From positions 1 to 64,000 of the forward strand of contig CAWJCS010000004.1 of assembly GCA_963841435.1 (NCBI GenBank): a stretch of 64,000 nucleotides of DNA. Reading direction: 5' to 3'. The notes beneath the pieces are model-generated. The model was given only the letters and a program-made list of their open reading frames with translations, was not told where the DNA came from and searched no databases. Below, in pieces: positions 1 through 12,120 of this stretch. Within the stretch, counting starts at the first letter, position 1; each line of letters begins with the position of its first letter. Origin of the DNA: an uncultured delta proteobacterium. Its GTDB lineage: Bacteria; Myxococcota_A; Polyangia; Polyangiales; Polyangiaceae. Both the position numbers and the translations under genes were made by a program.

Positions 1-330
1 AGATAGCCTCCGTGGTACGTCGTATAGAGCGAGTCCGAATTCATCAGGTTGCGGACATCGAGCATCGTGCCCGTCGTCGGCGGTGGAAACTGCTTCTCAG
101 TAGGCTCCACGAATTGCACGTCGGGCTCAGCAGCCAGTGCTCAACATGGCGCAACGCGAGCTCGACCGTCATTCCGTTGATCATCCAAGAAGTCTCTTTG
201 ACCGTGGCGCCATACCGTGCAGCGAGCTCGGTCGCATGCTGACTGTGCTCGGGTGCACGCGCCTGCTCGAGCTGGCTAATCAGCAGCGAGATTCGCTGCA
301 GGGCATCCCGGTTGTAAGCGGAGTCTCGCG
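1..330 (-). pseudogene. Fragment resembling a subtilase (S8) propeptide / I9 inhibitor region; runs off the window start, with one frameshift
   Basis: Manual minus-strand translation gives ...ELAARYGATVKETSWMINGMTVELALRHVE / AAEPDVQFVEP..., a pattern typical of S8 prodomains. No catalytic residues are visible in the window. Confidence 0.35.
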
Positions 331-721
331 GCCTTGCGCGCGTGGCGCCTGGCCGGCGAGGGGCGGATCGTTCAGGTCAGTCGGGGCGGCGTGACCTTGC
401 ACGCGCTCGACGGTCTGCGGCGATTCGCGAGCGTGGACGCGGCCGTGGCCGCGGTCGCGTCAGCGGGGCCCCGGTGCGGCGCTTCCCGAGCATGGGCGAG
501 GCTGTTGCGGCGATCGGCTGATCCGGTTGCGCCTCCTGAAGGCTTGAAGAGCATCGAACGTGACGAAAGCGCTGGGATCGTCCTGGTTAGCCGCTCCAGA
601 CCTTGGTCCGCGTGCGTGCGTCACAGGTTTGGGGTATGGTGTGGCGCGGCGGGTGGCGTAGGTGGGGCAATTTGTCTATAAGTAAGCGAATACGCAGAGA
701 AAAACCTGCGGTTCGGTTATC

Positions 722-757
722 GTTCGTTTATAGTTTAGTATAATGCTATAAGCGAAC
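722..757 (+). promoter_or_regulatory. Promoter/operator of the Fic gene: TATAAT -10 box inside an inverted repeat
   Basis: TATAAT at 739-744. GTTCGTTTATAG (722-733) and CTATAAGCGAAC (746-757) form an 11/12 inverted repeat. ATG is at 759. Confidence 0.6.
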
Positions 758-758
758 T

Positions 759-2109
759 ATGCGCTTCCCTCAGAAGCCACCAAGCTCTGAAATCCAGCGA
801 CCGCGATGGGGCCTGCGGACTGGAATCGCCTTATCCCCCATTTCGCCCCGGTCCTGCCTGACGGCCGGTACCTGCACTGGAATGACCTTCGTCGTCGTCC
901 GCCACCGGCCGGATTGGACACTCGAGAATGGTGGCTCGCCCAGTCTTGGGCCCGGCGAGGTAACCGTGTGTACATCCGAGGCCTTTCACTCAACGATTCG
1001 CTTGGCTGGTTCTGTCGCCTCGACGAAATTGACAGAGCAACCCACGAGCTGGACCGAAGCGACGCTGCCCGCGAGATGATCGAAAACATCGGGGACGTTG
1101 CGATCGGCGGCAGTATCGCATCGACCAATTGATCGAAGAAGCGATCAGTTCGTCATTGATCGAGGGTGCTCAGCTCACCACGCGCGCCCAAGCCAAAGCG
1201 ATGATCAAAGCGGGGGCCGCTCCGCGATACATGGTGACCGCATGGTCGTGAACAACTACCACGCCATGCAGCACATTCTTCAACGAGGGAAGCACCCCTT
1301 GACGCTTGAGGACTTGCTCGAGATCCACTCCATCCTGGGCGATGAGCGTTGGACACGGCCGACGGAGCCGGGCGACTCGACGCGAGGACGAAAACGTTCG
1401 CGTTGAAGACACCAGAACCAATGAGGTGTGGTTTATCCCGCCAAAAGCGGGCGAACTCGAACACCGCCTGCTCATGATGCTGGAGTTTGCGAACAACGAT
1501 GATCCGAAGCCGTTCCTGCACCCATTGATCCCAGCGATCGTTCTTCATTTCTGGCTCGCGTACTTGCACCCGTTCGTCGATGGCAACGGCCGCATGGCCC
1601 GAGCACTCTTCTACTGGCAGATGCTTCGCTCCGGGTACGAATTCGCTCAGTACCTGTCCATCTCCGGTCCGATCGATCGATCTCGTCGCTCCTACTATCT
1701 GGCGTTTGCGCACACGGAAACTGACGAAGGAGACCTAACGTATTTTCTTCTCAACCAGCTCAGCGTCCTGCGCAGAGCACGGGCTGATCTCGCCAAGCAT
1801 CTGTCTGAACACGGGCAGCGACTGAGCCTTCTCTCTTCCGCCCTGGCCAATGCTGAATCGCTGAACCTGCGCCAACAGGAAGTCCTGATGTTTCTAGTGC
1901 GGAACCCAAATCAGCCTGTAACCGTTGGGGGCCATGGCAAGAGCCATGAGATCTCTTACCTCACCGCCCGCAAGGACCTGCAAGATCTAGAAAGGCAAAA
2001 CTACCTCCGGCGCGTCCGCGCGGGAAAGACGGATCGATACTTTCCAACGCCCGATCTGGTTCAGCGCCTCACCAGCGCGGGCAGTCTAGTCGTTAGGGAC
2101 CAGTCTTGA
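759..2109 (+). pseudogene. Fic-family AMPylase (class II, C-terminal wHTH-like region), split by several frameshifts in the 5' half
   Basis: Fic motif HPFVDGNGRMAR at 1567-1602. Inhibitory motif SSLIEG at 1150-1167 is in another frame. N-terminal YLHWNDLRRRP segment is in a third frame. Frameshifts may be sequence errors. Confidence 0.85.
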
Positions 2110-2265
2110 TCGAAGTCCGGTCCCACTACTGCGGAACGCGCGGGCGCTTTCGTGGCAGACGAGGAACGGCGCCGTTGTCGAGGTCTCGCGCGGGCGTCAC
2201 GTTGCACGAGATTGGGAGCCGCGCACCACCACCGGGGGCAATTTCGCCCTTGCCAAAAGGTGCCC

Positions 2266-2450
2266 ATGTTCGCTTTTGCCAACGGCCGATCGGAGTCATG
2301 GGTGGCGGACCGGACCGGGCACCGCTCATCCCAAATGCTCGCCCGGTACAAGCGCCAGGCGCGCACCGCGGCGGAGCTTGACCTAGGCGACTGGACGCCC
2401 CTGGACGTGGCCCTGGGGCTCGCGAAGCGCTCGACACCACCCGGTGGCCC
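2266..2450 (+). mobile_element. Tyrosine recombinase (integrase) C-terminal remnant
   Basis: FANGRSESWVADRTGHRSSQMLARY resembles the GH...Y box II of tyrosine integrases. The HxxR and N-terminal parts are absent. It sits next to the tRNA 3' end. Confidence 0.65.
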
Positions 2451-2522
2451 GAAGCGCGCGACGCCTCCGCGTGGGCGTCGCGGCGCTCGTCCTCGCCCGG
2501 GACAGCGAGTGGGACAGATAAG

Positions 2523-2596
2523 CGCCCCCGATACGATTCGAACGTACGACCTTGGCTTTAGGAAAGCCCTGCTCTGTCCAGCTGAGCTACGGGGGC
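2523..2596 (-). tRNA. tRNA-Arg (anticodon CCT), CCA not encoded
   Basis: Cloverleaf GCCCCCG-TAGCTCAGCTGGACAGAGC-A-GGGCT TTCCTAA AGCCA-AGGTC-GTACG TTCGAAT CGTAT-CGGGGGC-G. Confidence 0.95.
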
Positions 2597-2728
2597 GGTA
2601 GCGGCGCGACGATGACACGCGGGACCGGGACCAGCAAGACGCCCGGCCACCGCATGGCGCCGGCACGCCGCCGCACGCCGCGTCCCCGCACACCGCGTCT
2701 CCTGCACGCCGCGCCCCCGCGCGCCCCG

Positions 2729-3367
2729 TCAGAACAAGAACGATGCGCCGAACGAGGCGTACGGGCCGACGGGTGCGTACGGGGGGCTCAGGCGGAGGGT
2801 GAGGGTGGCGTTGTAGGAGAGGTGGAAGCGGCCGCCGATGAAGAAGATGACGGGGCTCAGGCCGAGGCCGCCGGAGTCGTCGATGTGCAGGGCGAGGCCG
2901 GGCTCGCCGAAGACGGACCAGCGCTGGTGGAGCCAGAAGTTCCACTGCATCACCACCGGGATCCAGAGGTAGTTGGTGTCGTCGTCGCCGCTGCCGGTCG
3001 CCTGGACGCAGACCTCGGTCCCATCGCGCAACGGGACGAACTGCACGCATTTGCCGCGCGGGCCGGAGCCGTTGCCGTTGTAGTGCACCCAGTCGAGGCC
3101 CACGCCGACGCCCACGGAGTCGTTGATGCCGCGAATGAAGCCGTTCGGTGCGACCTCGAAGGTGCCGCGCAGGCCGAGGCCGAAGCCGTCGCCCGTGCCG
3201 ACGCCGGGCGGGTCGTTCCAGCCGAAAAGCAGGTGGGGCTCGAGCTCCATGGAGTAGTGCGAGCGCTTGCCCTCCATCTTGATGGTGCTCTGCGCGCGGG
3301 CTGGCGACACCCACGCGAGCGCGCTGAGCGCGGCGAGCAACGAGAGCAGGCGGGGCAGGGCAGGCAT
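2729..3367 (-). CDS. Secreted protein, probable outer-membrane beta-barrel
   Basis: Signal peptide MPALPRLLSLL...ARA, alternating amphipathic strands, C-terminal Phe (ASFLF). Confidence 0.7.
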   Translation of the reverse strand: MPALPRLLSLLAALSALAWVSPARAQSTIKMEGKRSHYSMELEPHLLFGWNDPPGVGTGDGFGLGLRGTFEVAPNGFIRGINDSVGVGVGLDWVHYNGNGSGPRGKCVQFVPLRDGTEVCVQATGSGDDDTNYLWIPVVMQWNFWLHQRWSVFGEPGLALHIDDSGGLGLSPVIFFIGGRFHLSYNATLTLRLSPPYAPVGPYASFGASFLF

Positions 3368-3381
3368 GGTGGTTCGTCGGC

Positions 3382-3906
3382 TCAGCAGCCGCAGCTCGCG
3401 CCGTTCACGCAGTCCGTCGGCGTCGGGTCGTTGGCGCCGCACCAGACCTGGCAGCGACCGACGCCCTCGCACTGCACGTCACACGCGCCTTCGCACACGA
3501 CCTCGCACGAGGTGAGGCCACGGCAGATGACGGTGCTGTTCGGGCCGACCTGCGCGCCGCAGCGATTCGAGTTGTGGCACGTGTAGTTGCAGTCCGCGCC
3601 GCAGATGATGCCGCACGACACGGTGTCGTGGCAGTCCGCGGCGCAAGCATCACCGCAGAACGTGCTGCAGTCGTTCATGCTGTGGCAGTTGAAGTTGCAC
3701 ACGTCGCCACAGACGGCGCCGCAGTGCACGAGGTCGTGGCACGACGCGTTGCAGCCGGCGCCCTCGCACGACAGGTAGCAGTCGTCGCCGCCCGAGCAGT
3801 CGCAGGGCTGGCCGGGACGGCAGAAGTCGTCGTTGCCGCAGGCAGAGAGCGACGCGAGCGTCAGCGACAGCCCGGCGAGCACGAAGAGAAGGCGCGGAAG
3901 CCGCAC
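3382..3906 (-). CDS. Cysteine-rich lipoprotein
   Basis: Lipobox LSAC followed by dense CxxxC repeats. Confidence 0.8.
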   Translation of the reverse strand: MRLPRLLFVLAGLSLTLASLSACGNDDFCRPGQPCDCSGGDDCYLSCEGAGCNASCHDLVHCGAVCGDVCNFNCHSMNDCSTFCGDACAADCHDTVSCGIICGADCNYTCHNSNRCGAQVGPNSTVICRGLTSCEVVCEGACDVQCEGVGRCQVWCGANDPTPTDCVNGASCGC

Positions 3907-4010
3907 GGCCCGGGGAGTCTAGTACAGCCGGGTGGAGCACGGCGCGCCCACGGGCATCCGACCGGGCGTCCGGCACGAATGCAAAGACGCCACGCGGCTG
4001 CGCGAAGCGT

Positions 4011-5336
4011 TCAGCGCGTCGGGGCGCGGCGGCGCCGGGCGCCGAACGCGAGGACGAGCGCGCCTGCGAGCCAGAGCGGAGCGCCGCTCGCCGGGGTGCC
4101 CGCGGTGCGGCAGCCGCAGCCGCCATCCGGTGGCGGGTCGTCGTCTGCCGTGTCGGTGGAGGCGTCGGGCGACTCGGGCGCCGGGGTGCAGGCGTGGAGC
4201 GCGGTCGTGCACACGTAGTCGGTGGGGCACTCGCTCTCGGTCTGACAGGGAGGCACGCAGACGCCGGGTGGCTTGCCGCTTTGCGAGTAACAAAGGTAGC
4301 CGCCAGCGCAGCCCCCGGTGCAGCTCTCGCCAAGAGGATCGGCATCGGTCGGTTCGACGCCCGCGTCCCCGGGATCCGAAGCATCGGCGCCGGCGTCGTC
4401 GGGGGCGGCGTCGGTACCGGCGTCGTCGGGCGGGCTCGCGTCGGTGCCGGCGTCCGTGGGCACGCCGCCGTCCATGGTCGTGGCGTCCGTCGTCCAGTCG
4501 GGCGGGACGTAGCCGCCGTCGCCGGCCGCGTCGACCGCCGTGTCGACGATGAGCGTCTTCCAGGAGTCGACCGCCGTGTAGATGCCGACCGTGCAGTCGG
4601 GGTCGCCGCGCGACGCGATGCCGATCACACGGCCGTCGCTGTCGAGGGCGGGGCCGCCGCTGTCACCGCTGCAGATGGGCGCCTCGGCGGCCCATTCCGT
4701 GCCCGTGGCGCCCGTGCCGGCGCATTGCGAGGCCCCCACACAGCCCACCGAAAGCCCGCCGATGCGCATGCGCTCGCCCGCGGTCGCGCCGTTCTGGTCG
4801 TTGGCCGCCTGGATGCCGTAGCCGACGGCTTCGAACGGCTCGTCGAGCGAGGGGCGCGAATCGACGCGCGGCTCGATGGGCATGGCCTGGTCGGGAGGCA
4901 CGACGTCAGCGAGCTCGATGAGCGCGATATCGTTGCCGCAAAGCCGGCTGCTCGGGGGAACGATCACCTTGGTCACGGAGTGGATGGTGTTGCGCGTCGC
5001 GCCGTTGCTCACATCGTCGTCCCAGCTCACGAGCAAGTCGCTCGGAGGGACGGGCTGGCCGAACATCGTGGTGTTGCACTGCACGCCCTGGGCGGTCTCG
5101 TTGATGGGCGACACGCAGTGGTGCGCCGTCATGATGAGGTTCGGCGCGATGAGGCTCCCCGAGCAGAGTCCGAGGCTCATCGCCTGAATCACGAAGATGG
5201 CGCGGCTCGTGGCGTCGTGCGTGCCGCCGATGATGCTCACCGGGTCGCTCGTCGTCGGCTCCGTCGGGCCACTGCTGGAGCAACCGAGGGCGGCGAGCCC
5301 GGCCACCACGACGACCCACGCCGGAGCGCGCACCAT
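4011..5336 (-). CDS. Trypsin-like (S1) serine protease with lipobox and MYXO-CTERM tail
   Basis: Triad motifs TAHHC, DIALI and GDSGGP. Lipobox-like ALGC. C-terminal GGCGC + hydrophobic stretch + RRRR. Confidence 0.9.
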   Translation of the reverse strand: MVRAPAWVVVVAGLAALGCSSSGPTEPTTSDPVSIIGGTHDATSRAIFVIQAMSLGLCSGSLIAPNLIMTAHHCVSPINETAQGVQCNTTMFGQPVPPSDLLVSWDDDVSNGATRNTIHSVTKVIVPPSSRLCGNDIALIELADVVPPDQAMPIEPRVDSRPSLDEPFEAVGYGIQAANDQNGATAGERMRIGGLSVGCVGASQCAGTGATGTEWAAEAPICSGDSGGPALDSDGRVIGIASRGDPDCTVGIYTAVDSWKTLIVDTAVDAAGDGGYVPPDWTTDATTMDGGVPTDAGTDASPPDDAGTDAAPDDAGADASDPGDAGVEPTDADPLGESCTGGCAGGYLCYSQSGKPPGVCVPPCQTESECPTDYVCTTALHACTPAPESPDASTDTADDDPPPDGGCGCRTAGTPASGAPLWLAGALVLAFGARRRRAPTR

Positions 5337-5415
5337 GAACGCTCAGCCTAGCACCCGGCCTCACCCGTCGCGACGCCGGCGGGCGGGGTGCGCTACTTTC
5401 ACGAGTTTCCCGGGC

Positions 5416-7971
<2,556 letters not shown>

Positions 7972-8086
7972 GCTCCCGTCTTACCAGCGTTCTTTGCCGG
8001 TCGGCTACCAGGGGTGTTTCCGGGGTGGGTCATGGCGTTCTCATTGCCCTTCCCGGCGCCTCTGGCCTTGCTAGGGTCGCCCCCCC

Positions 8087-9769
8087 ATGGCGCTACCCGT
8101 CGGTCGGATTTCTGGGTCACTGCTGCGCGCGCTGGTGCTCGGCACGGGGGCGTCCCCGCTCCGCCGCGCGCTCGCGCTCGTCGTGCGCTCGGAGCTCGAG
8201 ATCGACTCCGCGCGACGGCTCGGGCGCGAGGCGCGTGGACCGGTGCCGTTCGACCTGCAACCGCGGCGAGCCCGCGCGAGCCACGCGCGTCCCACGCGTT
8301 CGCTACCGCCGCCGCCCCTTTGCACCGGGTCGCGAGCGCGGACCGCGCGCGAGCTCGTCGAGGCGTACCGGACGAAAACCTCCGATCCGCTGACGGTGGT
8401 GACGCGCGCGCTCGAGGCGGCACGCAACCTCGCGACGCGCTCCGCCCACCACCAGGTCTTCTGTGATCGCGCCGAAGACCGCGCATGCAGCGAGGCGCGT
8501 GCGAGCGCCGAACGCTGGGCGCGAGGCGAACCGCTCGGCGAGCTCGACGGGGTGCCCATCGCCGTGAAGGAAGAAATGGACGTCGAGGGCTTCGCAACGC
8601 GCCTGGGGACGAGCTTCATGCCCTTCGTCCCCGCGGCGCGCGACGCCGTGCTCGTCGCCCGCCTGCGCCGCGCGGGCGCCATCGTCATCGGGCAGACGCC
8701 GATGACCGAGTACGGGCTCTCGCCGCTCGGCGTGAACGCGAAGCGCGAGATGCCGCGAAACGCCTACGACGCTGGCCGTCTCGCGGGGGGCAGCTCCACG
8801 GGCTCGGCGGTCGCCGTCGCGCTCGGCATCGTGCCCCTCGCGCTCGGCACCGACGGCGGCGGCTCGATCCGCGTGCCCGCCGCCTACAACGGCATCTTCG
8901 GTCTCAAGCCCACCTACGGTCGCATCCCCTGCACGGGGCACGGCATGTTCGGCGGAACCTCCGTCGTCCACTTCGGTCCGCTCGGCGCGAGCACCCACGA
9001 GCTCGCGGTCGCGCTCGAGCACGCCGCCGGTCCGGATGTAGGCGATCGCGCGTCGCACTCGGCGCCGCCACTCGAAGCGGGGCAAGCCGTGGCGGCGCTC
9101 GGCCGAGGCGTCGAAGGGCTCCGCATCGGCGTGCCGGAAGCGGAATGGGCCGACGCCGATCCCGCCGTGGCGGCCCCGGGCCGCGGTGCTCTCGTTGCGC
9201 TCGAGCAGGCCGGCGCCACGCTCGTCCCGATGGCGCTTTCGCTCGCGCGTCACGCGCCGGCCATCGGCTACCTCACGATTGCGACCGAGGCGCGCGCGGC
9301 GCTGCGTGCCGTCGAAGGCGAGCATCTCGCCGATCTTGGGCTCGATCTGCGCGTCTTACTGAGTGGAGTCGACGGCTTCGTGCCCGATGATTACGTGGAT
9401 GCTCAGCGCCTTCGCGAGCACCTGCGGGAAGTGCTCCAGGCGGCGCTCACGGACGTCGACGTGATTGCCCTGCCGACGACGCGCTCGGTGGCGCCCCCCG
9501 TCACCGACGCCGAAGCGGAGACTGGCTTCATCGACACGCGCGCGCTCCACGGCGCGTGCCGCTTCGTCTTCGCCGGCAACCTGAGCGGGCTGCCCGCGGC
9601 GAGCGCGCCCGTCGGGCTCGATCCGAACGAGCTTCCCGTGGGAATACAGATCCTCGGCGACGCGTGGGACGAACCCTGCGTGCTTCAGGTGCTCGCCGAG
9701 CTCGAACGCCTCGAGGTCACGCGCCTACCCCCGCCGGCGCTGGCGGCCGATCTCCTGGCCGAAGCGTAG
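8087..9769 (+). CDS. Amidase signature family enzyme
   Basis: GVPIAVKE, GGSSTGS and GTDGGGSIRVPA motifs. Confidence 0.92.
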   Translation: MALPVGRISGSLLRALVLGTGASPLRRALALVVRSELEIDSARRLGREARGPVPFDLQPRRARASHARPTRSLPPPPLCTGSRARTARELVEAYRTKTSDPLTVVTRALEAARNLATRSAHHQVFCDRAEDRACSEARASAERWARGEPLGELDGVPIAVKEEMDVEGFATRLGTSFMPFVPAARDAVLVARLRRAGAIVIGQTPMTEYGLSPLGVNAKREMPRNAYDAGRLAGGSSTGSAVAVALGIVPLALGTDGGGSIRVPAAYNGIFGLKPTYGRIPCTGHGMFGGTSVVHFGPLGASTHELAVALEHAAGPDVGDRASHSAPPLEAGQAVAALGRGVEGLRIGVPEAEWADADPAVAAPGRGALVALEQAGATLVPMALSLARHAPAIGYLTIATEARAALRAVEGEHLADLGLDLRVLLSGVDGFVPDDYVDAQRLREHLREVLQAALTDVDVIALPTTRSVAPPVTDAEAETGFIDTRALHGACRFVFAGNLSGLPAASAPVGLDPNELPVGIQILGDAWDEPCVLQVLAELERLEVTRLPPPALAADLLAEA

Positions 9770-10106
9770 CGAGGCGAGCGACGGGGCGCCGGGGCTCAGA
9801 TTTTCCGGCCTTCGCTTGCGCGAGCCAGCCCTTGATCTCTGCCTCGATGACGCCGATGGCCGCGCTCTTGAACGGCTTGAGGAAGAACGGCACGTCGAGG
9901 TCCATCTCGATGGCGTGCGGCAGCACCTCGAGCGTGCCGTTCAGCGCCATACCCTTCACGTTGAAGGAGATGTCCGCGCGCTTGTCGCTCACCCAGCGCG
10001 CCTTGGCGTTGTACTTCGCGAATCGCGTTGCGTACGAGGAGATCGCGGCCTCCGCGACGAGCTTGGCGCGTTCCGGACCCAGATCGTGCGGCACGGCGTG
10101 CTTCAT
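9717..10106 (-). CDS. Polyhydroxyalkanoic acid system (PHA granule-region) family protein
   Basis: N-terminal 'HAVPHDLG..A' and the size and pattern of this family. Confidence 0.7.
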   Translation of the reverse strand: MKHAVPHDLGPERAKLVAEAAISSYATRFAKYNAKARWVSDKRADISFNVKGMALNGTLEVLPHAIEMDLDVPFFLKPFKSAAIGVIEAEIKGWLAQAKAGKSEPRRPVARLATLRPGDRPPAPAGVGA

Positions 10107-10164
10107 GGGGCTCGGCGTAGCTTAGGACTGGGCCGAGTCCAACCGGAAAAAGGAACGGGTGCCC

Positions 10165-11025
10165 TTACGGGCTCCGCGGCTGCACCGCGATTTCGGCGTA
10201 CACGCCGAAGTGATCGGAGGCCCAGACGGGGCCCTCGCCGCCTGCGACGGGCTCGTGGCAGGAAAGCCGTGCGTGGAGCGGCTCGCCGCGGAGCTCGGCG
10301 TCGGGCCCACGGCAAAAGACGTAGTCGATGCGGCGCGGCGGCTCGCGGTTGCGCCGGGCGTAGTCGTTCTTCGGGTCGTAGGTTGCCCCCGCGGTTCCGT
10401 CTCCGCCGTACACCCAGGCGTCCGCGAAATAGGCGCTCTTGCCGTCCAGCACGTGCAGGCCCGTGAGGTAGCGGATCTCGTCGGCGTCGGGCGCGGCGTT
10501 GAAGTCGCCCATCAAGAGCGGCGGCAGCGTGCCCGAGAGCGGCGGGGCGATCTCGTCGATGCGCGCCGTGATGAACGCCACCTGGGCGAGCCGCACGTAG
10601 CCGTGGTCGAAGCGCCAGTTCAGGTGCGTCACGAACGCCGGTAGACGGCCCCAGGGCGTCCCGAGCAGGGTTTGCAGCAGCGCTCGCCGCTCCCCGCTGC
10701 CGCGATCGGGCAGGCGGAAGGTGCGGGACTCGAAGATCGGAAAGCGGCTGAGCAGCGCATTGCCCATCAAAAGGCCGTTGCCGTAGTCGGACGCCGACGC
10801 GAAAGCGATCTCGTAGCCGAGATCCCTTGCGACCTCGAAAGCCTGATCGTGCTCGGGCGTGATGGGCTCCTCGGTGCCCGGGCGGACGAGGCGCATCACC
10901 TCTTGCAGGCCCACCACGTCCGGCGAGAGTCGCTCGAGCTCGGCGCGGATCACGGCGAGGCGTTCCGGCCAGGGACCCGAACGGTTCCAGATGTTGAGCG
11001 TGAGCGCACGAAGGACGTCCGTCAT
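10165..11025 (-). CDS. Endonuclease/exonuclease/phosphatase family protein
   Basis: TLNIW, DVVGLQEV, GDFNA, RIDYVF and SDH motifs. Confidence 0.92.
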   Translation of the reverse strand: MTDVLRALTLNIWNRSGPWPERLAVIRAELERLSPDVVGLQEVMRLVRPGTEEPITPEHDQAFEVARDLGYEIAFASASDYGNGLLMGNALLSRFPIFESRTFRLPDRGSGERRALLQTLLGTPWGRLPAFVTHLNWRFDHGYVRLAQVAFITARIDEIAPPLSGTLPPLLMGDFNAAPDADEIRYLTGLHVLDGKSAYFADAWVYGGDGTAGATYDPKNDYARRNREPPRRIDYVFCRGPDAELRGEPLHARLSCHEPVAGGEGPVWASDHFGVYAEIAVQPRSP

Positions 11026-11181
11026 CGCCGTCGTTTTTCGGAAGTAGGGCGATGTGCGAGGAGGTGGTTCCACCGACCCCGCTGCCCGTCGGACTGGAGC
11101 ATCGAGGAACGACCAGCTAAACTCAAGACGAGACGGCCTCCGCGGGTAGCTTTCTGCCCCCAGGCCCGTGAGGAGTGCCGG

Positions 11182-12063
11182 ATGCTCATTGGGGTCGACT
11201 TCGGAGGGACCCACGTCAAGGCAGGTATCGTCGATGGCGGCGACGTGGTCCGTTCCATCACGGCCGAAACGCCGTCGGGCTCGACCGTCAACGAGGTGCT
11301 CGCGACCATCACCAAGGCGGCGCTCGCGCTCTCGCCGCGCCCCGTCGCCGTGGGCGTGGCCATTCCGGGCGAGGTGGACGGTGAGGGCCGTTGCTGGCGG
11401 CTGACCAACGTCCCGGGGTTCGAGGGCATCAACATCGCGCGGGAGCTCGCCGAGCGGCTCGACTGTCCGATCGCGGTGGAAAACGACGCCACGGCGGCAG
11501 CGCTCGGCGAGCGGCTCTACGGGCACGGCCGGGCCTACCCGAGCTTCCTCATGGTGACGCTCGGTACGGGCATCGGCGGCGGTCTCGTGCTGGGGCACGC
11601 GCTCTATCCCGGCACGCACGGCTTCGCCGGGGAGGTCGGTCACATGAACGTCGTGCGCTCGCCCGAGGCGCCGATCTGCGCCTGTGGCCAGCGTGGCTGC
11701 ATCGAAGCGTACGCCGGCACGAAGGCGTTGTTGCGGCGCTTTCGCGAGCTCGGCGGCACGGCCGACGAGGTGCTGCCGATTTCGGTCAGCGCGCGACGCG
11801 GCGACGCTGCGGGGCTGCGCGTGTTCGAGGAAATGGGCGAGGCGCTCGGCCGCGGTCTCGCGAACATCCAGAACCTGCTCGATCTGAACGCCCTGGTGTT
11901 CACGGGCGGGATTTCGGCCTCGTTCGATCTCATCGAGCCGCACGTGCGGCGTGCCATGCGCGAGTTCGCGTTCGCGCCGCCGCTCGCCGAAGTGCCGCTG
12001 CTCGTGAGCGAGCTCGGCGAGCGCGCGGGCGTCATCGGGGCCGCGCACCTCACCGAGCTCTGA
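11182..12063 (+). CDS. ROK family sugar kinase (glucokinase-like)
   Basis: GVDFGGT, ENDA, GTGIGGG and GEVGH...CACGQRGCIE motifs. Confidence 0.93.
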   Translation: MLIGVDFGGTHVKAGIVDGGDVVRSITAETPSGSTVNEVLATITKAALALSPRPVAVGVAIPGEVDGEGRCWRLTNVPGFEGINIARELAERLDCPIAVENDATAAALGERLYGHGRAYPSFLMVTLGTGIGGGLVLGHALYPGTHGFAGEVGHMNVVRSPEAPICACGQRGCIEAYAGTKALLRRFRELGGTADEVLPISVSARRGDAAGLRVFEEMGEALGRGLANIQNLLDLNALVFTGGISASFDLIEPHVRRAMREFAFAPPLAEVPLLVSELGERAGVIGAAHLTEL

Positions 12064-12120
12064 AGCCAGGCCCAGCGCGGCGCTGGACGCGCCTTCGCGC
12101 TGGCCCTAGACGAGATCAAC

